Below are positions 16,834-22,969 of a stretch of 64,000 nucleotides of DNA, one piece after another; positions within the stretch are counted from its first letter, which is position 1; every line of letters begins with the position of its first letter. The stretch is taken from positions 97,672 through 161,671 of the forward strand of contig SUVG01000003.1 in the NCBI GenBank assembly GCA_015062115.1. The letters run 5' to 3'. This DNA is from Candidatus Avelusimicrobium gallicola. GTDB lineage: Bacteria > Elusimicrobiota > Elusimicrobia > Elusimicrobiales > Elusimicrobiaceae. The position numbers and the translations under genes are program-made. The notes below the pieces were generated by a model that made no database searches, had not been told where the DNA came from, and saw only the letters and a program-made list of their open reading frames with translations.

Positions 16834-17826
16834 ATGCGACAAAAAATAATTTCTTTTTTGACTCTTTGTTTGCTGGCCCTTCCTTTGGCGGGGCAAGTGA
16901 GTGTTATTTCTGTTACGGACGAGGACAAGCACTCCCGCAAAGAAGATTTTTACCATACTTTTGAGTATTATATCCTGCCTCTAAAGGGAGAGGATAGCAC
17001 TGCCGGTAAATGCCAGGCCACCCGTATCGGGCGGCGTTGGTTTGCCACGGCGGCGCACTGTGTGGAGAAAGCCTGTAAACAAGGCTGTACGATTCGCATG
17101 GATTTACTTGAGCAACCCGTTTCGGCCTTTGCCGAGGTTGTGCATACTCTCAAAAAGCCGGCGGTTTTTATACATCCGGCTTATACTTCTTCCCGATTTG
17201 TAAAGGATGACTTTGCCCTTATCCGCTTGGATTTGGACCGCACTTCACTTACCTATTACCGCCGTCCTACAGCCAAGCGGGCTTATAATTTGGCCATTTA
17301 TCCCGCCCAATTTAATGCCTTTTTGGAGCGCAACAAAAAGGCGGCCAGTCAGTGGCATCGTATCAAAAGTCCTTCGTTTCCTTCTCTTGTTTTGTTTGAT
17401 GAAGGGAATTATCTGCTCGACCGCAAACTGTCCGTCATTTCTATTTTTGACGGGAAACGCGATATCAAGAAAAACCCATACCCCGTACACTATGTTAAAA
17501 AATTGGGTTTTGCGTACACGCAGAATTTCGGTATTCGCAAAGGTATGAGCGGATCGGGCGTGATGACCAATACAGGGGAACTGGTAGGTATGATTTCGGC
17601 CAATGTGACGGTTTCTTCCAAGCAGGGCGAACAAGAAAAAGTGTCGGAGTTTTTTATGTTCCCTGTTTTTAATAAAAATATTTCATCGTTTATGGAAGAA
17701 ACGATGGGAAGCGATTTTTATAAATTGGATTGGAAAGATTGTTATCCTTCTTTTGTTCACAAGTCCCGCCGAAACTATGCGGATATTATTTCGGTTGTGG
17801 AACAGTCTAATTTGAAAAGCCGATAA
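16834..17826 (+). CDS. Secreted trypsin-fold (S1 family) serine protease
   Basis: It has a signal peptide (MRQKIISFLTLCLLALPLAGQ) and a catalytic-triad context: WFATAAHC (His), DFALIRLD (Asp), KGMSGSGVM (Ser). Confidence 0.7.
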   Translation: MRQKIISFLTLCLLALPLAGQVSVISVTDEDKHSRKEDFYHTFEYYILPLKGEDSTAGKCQATRIGRRWFATAAHCVEKACKQGCTIRMDLLEQPVSAFAEVVHTLKKPAVFIHPAYTSSRFVKDDFALIRLDLDRTSLTYYRRPTAKRAYNLAIYPAQFNAFLERNKKAASQWHRIKSPSFPSLVLFDEGNYLLDRKLSVISIFDGKRDIKKNPYPVHYVKKLGFAYTQNFGIRKGMSGSGVMTNTGELVGMISANVTVSSKQGEQEKVSEFFMFPVFNKNISSFMEETMGSDFYKLDWKDCYPSFVHKSRRNYADIISVVEQSNLKSR

Positions 17827-17858
17827 AAAACCCCGGGGATTTTCCCCGGGGTTTTTTT
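17825..17858. terminator. Bidirectional rho-independent terminator (protease / obg)
   Basis: AAAAAA-CCCCGGGG-ATTTT-CCCCGGGG-TTTTTTT. Confidence 0.8.
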
Positions 17859-19260
17859 ATTCTTCTTCTGTTTCGTCTAAAGAATCTTTTTTAGCCTGTC
17901 TGCGGGCTTTGCGTTTGGCTAAGCGCTCGGCCTTGGTGGTGCGCCGTTTATATCCGGCGTGTTCGGGCGTGGTGGGGGCTTCTTCGTCAAAGTCTCCGTT
18001 CCACTCAAATTCCCGTCCGCCTACAATCAGCGTATCTCCGTTTTCCACTCCGTATTTTAAGAGGGCTTTTTCCAGGCCGATTTTCTTAAAAATGCCGCGT
18101 AAACGGGCCACGGCTTCCGGTTGGCTGAAGTTCGTCATGGCGATAAATTCCACAATCTTTTTGCCGGAGATATGGATAATATCTTCCTCGTCGCGGGAAA
18201 TGGTAAAAATGGGTTCTATTTTGTGGGTAACGGCTGTTTTTTCTTCTACCACGGGCATTTCCACTGGGGTAGTAGCCAAAATTTTTACCACTTCATCAAG
18301 CACTTTGTTGATGCCCTCGCCGGTAGCGGCGGACATTAACAGTACTTTTTGCTTTTTGAATTTCTTTTTAATGGTTTCGTAGGCTTTTTGGGCAGCCGGC
18401 AAGTCCATTTTATTAACAACAATAATGCGCGGTTTTTCAAACAGTTTTTTATCGAAGGTTTTTAATTCCTTTTCGATTACTTTTACAGATTTTTCCGCAC
18501 TCATGCCGTCGAACCCATCGGGATCTACCAAATGGAGAAGCACGCGGGTGCGTTCAATGTGTTTAAGAAACTGATACCCAAGGCCTTTCCCTTCGCTGGC
18601 CCCTTCAATGATGCCGGGAATATCCGCCGTAGCAAAACTGATGCCTTTGTGAAGGGTAATACCCAAGTTCGGGTTTAAGGTTGTAAAAGGATAGTCCGCA
18701 ATACGCGGGCGTGCGGCAGAAATGCGACTTAAAAAGGTACTTTTGCCTGCGTTGGGAAAACCGACCAAGCCCAAATCTGCCAATACTTTTAATTCCAAAA
18801 TAAGCGTTACTTCTTCGCCGGGTTGTCCGTTTTCGGCGATGTGCGGAGCGGTATTATTGCGGGTTTTGAAAGATTGATTCCCTCTTCCGCCCATACCGCC
18901 GCGCGCTACCAAAAATTCTTGCCCGGGGTGGGTTAAGTCGGCAATGATTTGGCCGTCTCTTTTTACAATCGTTCCGCAAGGGACGAGAATATATCTATCC
19001 TCTCCGGCGCGGCCTGTTTTATTATAAGTGCCGCCTTTTTCGCCGTTTTGGGCTTCGATGTGCGGGTTGTAGGCAAGTTCCAATAAAGTGGTCAGGTTCG
19101 GCTCGGCTTTCAAAATAACATCGCCGCCTTTACCGCCGCAACCGCCGTTCGGGCCGCCGAATTCAATAAATTTTTCACGGCGGAAGGAAAGGCACCCGTC
19201 TCCGCCTTTTCCTGCGGTAATGTAGATTTTAACACGGTCTAAAAAACTTCCGGATTGCAT
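17857..19260 (-). CDS. obg: GTPase Obg/CgtA with a C-terminal OCT-like domain and a basic/acidic tail
   Basis: Shows FLDRVKIYITAGKGGDGCLSFRREKF..GGPNGGCGGKGGDV (the Obg fold) and a G domain with GFPNAGKST, DIPG and NKMD. Confidence 0.95.
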   Translation of the reverse strand: MQSGSFLDRVKIYITAGKGGDGCLSFRREKFIEFGGPNGGCGGKGGDVILKAEPNLTTLLELAYNPHIEAQNGEKGGTYNKTGRAGEDRYILVPCGTIVKRDGQIIADLTHPGQEFLVARGGMGGRGNQSFKTRNNTAPHIAENGQPGEEVTLILELKVLADLGLVGFPNAGKSTFLSRISAARPRIADYPFTTLNPNLGITLHKGISFATADIPGIIEGASEGKGLGYQFLKHIERTRVLLHLVDPDGFDGMSAEKSVKVIEKELKTFDKKLFEKPRIIVVNKMDLPAAQKAYETIKKKFKKQKVLLMSAATGEGINKVLDEVVKILATTPVEMPVVEEKTAVTHKIEPIFTISRDEEDIIHISGKKIVEFIAMTNFSQPEAVARLRGIFKKIGLEKALLKYGVENGDTLIVGGREFEWNGDFDEEAPTTPEHAGYKRRTTKAERLAKRKARRQAKKDSLDETEEE

Positions 19261-19283
19261 AAATAGAATTCCTTATTTGAAAA

Positions 19284-19439
19284 TCAAATTTTTTCGTCAG
19301 CTATTTCTTGGGCTAACAATTTTTTGGACAAACTGCGTTTGGCCTTCGTTCGCGCTCTTTTTACTTTGGTGCGGGCGGCGGACTTGGTGCAAGTGTAAAG
19401 CCACTCATCTTGTTTTACATGCAGTTCGTCTTTCTTCAT
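19284..19439 (-). CDS. Hypothetical small basic protein (51 aa)
   Basis: Manual translation gives MKKDELHVKQDEWLYTCTKSAARTKVKRARTKAKRSLSKKLLAQEIADEKI. TGCTACAAT lies 6 nt upstream of the ATG and there is no SD. I recognise no family. Confidence 0.25.
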   Translation of the reverse strand: MKKDELHVKQDEWLYTCTKSAARTKVKRARTKAKRSLSKKLLAQEIADEKI

Positions 19440-19493
19440 ACTTTAATTGTAGCAAACGGGCGGAATTTTGCCATTTCCTTTTTGGGTACACCA

Positions 19494-19528
19494 CAAAAAA
19501 AGCGGCAGGATTGCTCCTGCCGCTTTTT
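19494..19528. terminator. Bidirectional rho-independent terminator downstream of rpmA
   Basis: An A-run, then AGCGGCAGGA-TTGC-TCCTGCCGCT, then a T-run. Confidence 0.8.
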
Positions 19529-19542
19529 AAACTGTGAAGCTT

Positions 19543-19887
19543 TTATTTGTCCGCTTTGGCCGTTTTGGCTTTGGCAGGAGTTTTTTTAGCAGCGGCTTTT
19601 TTGGCCGGAGCTTTGGCTTCTTTGGTTTCCGCAACTTTGGGGTACACGGAAATTTGTTGTTTGCCTCTTCTTACCCATTCAAAGGTAACAATACCCGACA
19701 CGCGGGCGAAAAGGCTGTCGTCGCTGCTTCTGGAAACGTTGGTACCAGGCAAGAATTTGGTACCGCGTTGGCGGACGATGATTTCCCCAGCATTTACAAA
19801 CTGGGAGCCATAGCGTTTAATGCCTAAACGTTGGCCGTGGCTGTCTCTTCCGTTGGAGGAAGAACCTTGAGCTTTTGTATGTGCCAT
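19543..19887 (-). CDS. rpmA: 50S ribosomal protein L27 with a Lys/Ala-rich C-terminal extension
   Basis: Shows [27 protein letters not shown]...; the tail is [29 protein letters not shown]. Confidence 0.95.
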   Translation of the reverse strand: MAHTKAQGSSSNGRDSHGQRLGIKRYGSQFVNAGEIIVRQRGTKFLPGTNVSRSSDDSLFARVSGIVTFEWVRRGKQQISVYPKVAETKEAKAPAKKAAAKKTPAKAKTAKADK

Positions 19888-19902
19888 AGTTTAGTCTCCC
19901 AA

Positions 19903-20211
19903 TTAGAACTGGATATCCGTGATTTTAATTTGCGTTAAATCCTGTCTGTGGCCGATGGTTCTTTCGTAACCTTTTTTCGGTCTTTTTTTGAAGACGCGGA
20001 TTTTGGGACCTCTCAAATGTTTTACCACTTGAGCGGTGACCTTAGCCGTGTTAGCGGCTTTGGTATCTGCCGAGGTACCTTCTTCGTTAGCGGCCCAGAG
20101 AACTTTAAGTTCTACATTGGCACCGACTTCCGCTTCCAGTTTTTCAACCTGCAGATCTTGACCGGGTTTCACCCAGTACTGTTTTCCACCAGTTTCAATG
20201 ATTGCGTACAT
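19903..20211 (-). CDS. rplU: 50S ribosomal protein L21
   Basis: The start was reassigned to the ATG at 20211 (MYAIIETGGKQYWVKPGQDL). The 12 upstream codons of the track ORF are not L21-like. Confidence 0.93.
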   Translation of the reverse strand: MYAIIETGGKQYWVKPGQDLQVEKLEAEVGANVELKVLWAANEEGTSADTKAANTAKVTAQVVKHLRGPKIRVFKKRPKKGYERTIGHRQDLTQIKITDIQF

Positions 20212-20304
20212 AAGTTTATTATACCAAATAAAGAGACAACACCCCACACCCGTTCCCTTTCGGGCCGGGTGGAAGAGTGCAACTCTCCCTTAATTTGTAC
20301 ATAT

Positions 20305-20313
20305 ATTATAGCA
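20305..20313 (-). promoter_or_regulatory. Extended -10 promoter (TGCTATAAT) for rplU-rpmA
   Basis: The minus strand reads TGCTATAAT about 95 nt upstream of the rplU ATG. Confidence 0.45.
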
Positions 20314-20397
20314 TAAAAAAGCCCGCAGCGGGAGCCAATGTGCAGGGGAGGCCTAAAATTTCATAAAATATAACAAATAGAAATTTTATTTGGAATT

Positions 20398-21516
20398 ATG
20401 CCTACTAAGATGAAAGAAGATTATTATCAAACCCTTGGGGTGGAACGAAACGCCAGTGAAGCGGAAATAAAATCCGCCTTCCGCCGCCAAGCCATGAAAT
20501 ACCACCCGGATCGCAACCCCGGTAATAAAGAAGCGGAAGAGCAATTCAAAAAAGTAAATGAAGCTTTTTCCGTTCTTTCTGACCCGCAAAAAAAACAAAT
20601 GTACGACCAATACGGCCACGAAGGCATGAACGGCGCCGGCGGTTTCGGCGGGTTTAATGCGGGGGGCTTTGGCGATATCAACGATATTTTCGGCTCAGTT
20701 TTCGGGGATATTTTCGGCGGAGGTTTCGGTGGGGCCCGTGCCCGCGGTGGGGCTCCCCGCGCACAACGCGGTGAAGATTTGAAAATGGATGTAACCCTTA
20801 CCTTGGAAGAAGCCTTTATGGGCAAAGAAGTTCCCGTAGAATATACCCGCTTGGATAACTGCTCCGAGTGCGACGGTACCGGGGCCGCTCCGGGAAGCGC
20901 TCGCAAGACTTGCCGTTCTTGTAACGGGACGGGCACGGTTACCTATTCCCAAGGATTTTTCAGCATGCGTCAAGTCTGCCCCGATTGCGGAGGCCGCGGG
21001 AGCGTGGTGGAAAAACCGTGTTCGGCCTGTCGCGGAAGCGGCACCAAACGCGTGAAGGAAAATATTACGGTAAAAATTCCTTCCGGGGTACGCAGCGGAA
21101 TTACGCTGCGCGTATCTAACGGCGGGGATATCGGTACGAACGGCGGCGGCTTTGGCGATTTGTATGTGGAAGTGCGCGTAAAAGAACATAAAATTTTCCG
21201 ACGGGAAGGGGATAATTTGGCCCTGGATGCGCAGATTTCCTACCCGCAGGCTGTATTAGGCGGGAGCATTAAAGTTCCCACGATTGAAGGTAAAGAAGTG
21301 GAACTTGATATCCCGAAAGGCACCCAGTTCGGCTCCGTGCTTAAAATGCAAGGTAACGGTATGCCGAAATTGGGCAAAAAAGGTTTTGGTGATTTGCTTG
21401 TGAATATTCAAATCGAGGTTCCCAAAAAGCCGACGGCACGCCAAAAAGAACTGCTGGAAGAACTTGCCAAAGAAACCGGCGGTAAAAAAAGTTTTTTCAA
21501 AGAGTTATTTTCTTAA
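20398..21516 (+). CDS. dnaJ: Molecular chaperone DnaJ
   Basis: It has a J domain (YHPDRNPG), a G/F-rich region, and four CxxCxGxG zinc motifs ([32 protein letters not shown]). Confidence 0.97.
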   Translation: MPTKMKEDYYQTLGVERNASEAEIKSAFRRQAMKYHPDRNPGNKEAEEQFKKVNEAFSVLSDPQKKQMYDQYGHEGMNGAGGFGGFNAGGFGDINDIFGSVFGDIFGGGFGGARARGGAPRAQRGEDLKMDVTLTLEEAFMGKEVPVEYTRLDNCSECDGTGAAPGSARKTCRSCNGTGTVTYSQGFFSMRQVCPDCGGRGSVVEKPCSACRGSGTKRVKENITVKIPSGVRSGITLRVSNGGDIGTNGGGFGDLYVEVRVKEHKIFRREGDNLALDAQISYPQAVLGGSIKVPTIEGKEVELDIPKGTQFGSVLKMQGNGMPKLGKKGFGDLLVNIQIEVPKKPTARQKELLEELAKETGGKKSFFKELFS

Positions 21517-21549
21517 AAACTTTTATTATCTTTCTCTTGACGGACCGCC
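21454..21549 (+). repeat. Direct repeat copy A: the last 20 codons plus stop of dnaJ, and the 24-mer TTATCTTTCTCTTGACGGACCGCC
   Basis: 21454-21516 encodes [20 protein letters not shown]. 21526-21549 is identical to 22899-22922. Confidence 0.85.
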
Positions 21550-21690
21550 AAGAATAAAAGAAACATACATTTACAATGTTTATTAGACAAAGAAACAAGC
21601 GACTTGTTAAAAGATTTTGCCGCTACACACGGCACTAGCAAAAATGAAGTAGTGATCCAAGCTATAAGAAAATTTATAAATGAGTATTAA
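21541..21690 (+). pseudogene. Ribbon-helix-helix (CopG/Arc/MetJ-like) domain frame lacking a canonical start codon
   Basis: The open frame after the TGA at 21538 reads RTAKNKRNIHLQCLLDKETSDLLKDFAATHGTSKNEVVIQAIRKFINEY*. It follows a strand-helix-helix pattern. There is no ATG, GTG or TTG upstream of the predicted strand. Confidence 0.4.
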
Positions 21691-21738
21691 ACCGTTTTTT
21701 ACCGGTACTTAAATTAAGGAAATAACAAAATAGAAACT

Positions 21739-21912
21739 ATGAAAAATTTAATATCTTGGATTTCTGGCGGTATAGTTATAGCGATTTTTTTAGGCCTTAT
21801 TATAAACGAATTATATAGGATAACTGATGACAAGAAAAAGACCAGCAAAGAAAAGGTGATACTTATTTTGGTTGTTATGGTTTGTATTTTATTTACTTTT
21901 TTTTGGAAGTAA
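21739..21912 (+). CDS. Small two-TM membrane protein (57 aa)
   Basis: Manual translation gives MKNLISWISGGIVIAIFLGLIINELYRITDDKKKTSKEKVILILVVMVCILFTFFWK. It is below the ORF-track cut-off. Confidence 0.4.
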   Translation: MKNLISWISGGIVIAIFLGLIINELYRITDDKKKTSKEKVILILVVMVCILFTFFWK

Positions 21913-21970
21913 TGTGTTAGGATATAGAAAATGCGAGAAGTACAAAAATTAAAATAGTTAGTGTTAAAGT

Positions 21971-22186
21971 ATGATAGAAGATCTTTTTAACTTTATAGAT
22001 GAACTATACGCAAGTAATAACGGGGTTAAAGTATTTTGTGCTAACATTATTCTTTTGATTTTATCCCTTATAGAGGTGGTTATTGCATATTTCCTATTAA
22101 AGACAATAGGAACTCCCATTTTGAGAATTATTGTTTTGGTTTTTTTTGCTTTTCTTATTTGGAAAACAACTGGGAAAAAAAGATAA
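21971..22186 (+). CDS. Small two-TM membrane protein (71 aa) with a basic tail
   Basis: MIEDLFNFIDELY...ANIILLILSLIEVVIAYFLL...ILRIIVLVFFAFLIWKTTGKKR. Confidence 0.45.
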   Translation: MIEDLFNFIDELYASNNGVKVFCANIILLILSLIEVVIAYFLLKTIGTPILRIIVLVFFAFLIWKTTGKKR

Positions 22187-22198
22187 ATAAAAATAACT

Positions 22199-22384
22199 AT
22201 GAAAGATTTTTTAGAAGATATGAAAGGTTTTTTATTTGGCCTAGGGGTTTTGGCTATTTATGTAATATGCCTTGCTATTATTGACCAACTCCCAAGACTT
22301 ATTATAGCAATATGGCCTATAATTTTTATCGGCTTGATATTTGCTCCTTTATTTTTGAAAGACGAAAAGAAAGATAAAAAGTAG
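22199..22384 (+). CDS. Small two-TM membrane protein (61 aa) with a Lys-rich tail
   Basis: MKDFLEDMKGFLFGLGVLAIYVICLAII...LIIAIWPIIFIGLIFAPLFLKDEKKDKK. Confidence 0.45.
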   Translation: MKDFLEDMKGFLFGLGVLAIYVICLAIIDQLPRLIIAIWPIIFIGLIFAPLFLKDEKKDKK

Positions 22385-22664
22385 GAAATAAAACAGATAT
22401 AGCCTATTACGGGCTAAATTAAATAAAAGACCCAGTAAATGAAGTTAAATAAAGTTAAGATCCCGCCAATGTGTGGGGCCTTTTTTTGTGCATACCCCCC
22501 GCCCCCCTAATTTATCTAAATAATATCTAAACTTACTGATACAAAAGAAGCCCGGAAAAGTCTTGTTTATGATGTAAATTTGCTTTGGAATACAAGTATA
22601 AGATTTAAGAACGGGGATAAGATCCGCTTATTAGGTAAAACAAACGAAAAAGAATTATACAGCC

Positions 22665-22853
22665 GTGGCTTTGCCACAATACAGCAAGTCGGTAAATAAA
22701 TCTCGTGCCGCACAGGCACTCCCTGTTATCAAGTCTTTAATGCAAGCCGTGGAAGTTTATTTTATGGCTAATGGGACTGCCCCCGAAAGTTTGGAAGAGC
22801 TGGCTAAAGAAACGGGCGGTAAAAAAAGTTTCTTTAAAGAACTTTTTTCCTGA
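22665..22853 (+). pseudogene. Chimeric remnant: a 5'-truncated type IV pilin-like fragment fused in frame to a displaced copy of the dnaJ C-terminus
   Basis: AVALPQYSKSVNKSRAAQALPVIKSLMQAVEVYFMANGTAPES aligns with residues of about 22-65 of the intact pilins (AVALPQYTRAVEKSRATQAM..VYYLANGTYA), but the FTLIELLVV leader is missing. The remainder, [20 protein letters not shown], equals the dnaJ end. Confidence 0.7.
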
Positions 22854-22922
22854 AAATCAAAAAGTTTTTAAAACGGCGTTTTAGGACGCCGTTTTTTGTT
22901 ATCTTTCTCTTGACGGACCGCC
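22791..22922 (+). repeat. Direct repeat copy B: the dnaJ-tail coding sequence (synonymously diverged), a terminator, and an identical 24-mer
   Basis: 22791-22853 versus 21454-21516: I count 12 mismatches in 63 nt, all synonymous (stop TGA versus TAA). The 24-mer at 22899-22922 is exact. Confidence 0.85.
22873..22897 (+). terminator. Rho-independent terminator after the displaced dnaJ tail
   Basis: ACGGCGT-TTTAGG-ACGCCGT followed by TTTTT. It is absent from copy A. Confidence 0.75.
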
Positions 22923-22969
22923 CCTATATAAAGCACAATACAAATATATGCTTTTTAGAGGGGAAAATT

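Noticed and set aside
20314-20397. I looked for a CIRCE/HrcA operator (TTAGCACTC-N9-GAGTGCTAA) or another heat-shock element upstream of dnaJ.
   Set aside because: No such inverted repeat is present. In addition, dnaJ is not preceded by grpE or dnaK here.
22520-22699. A 59-codon open frame (…TDTKEARKSLVYDVNLLWNTSIRFKNGDKIRLLGKTNEKELY…) in the insert, briefly considered as a toxin or AbrB-like remnant.
   Set aside because: It has no start codon and no motif I can name. It also overlaps the frame with clear pilin homology. It is treated as non-coding debris.
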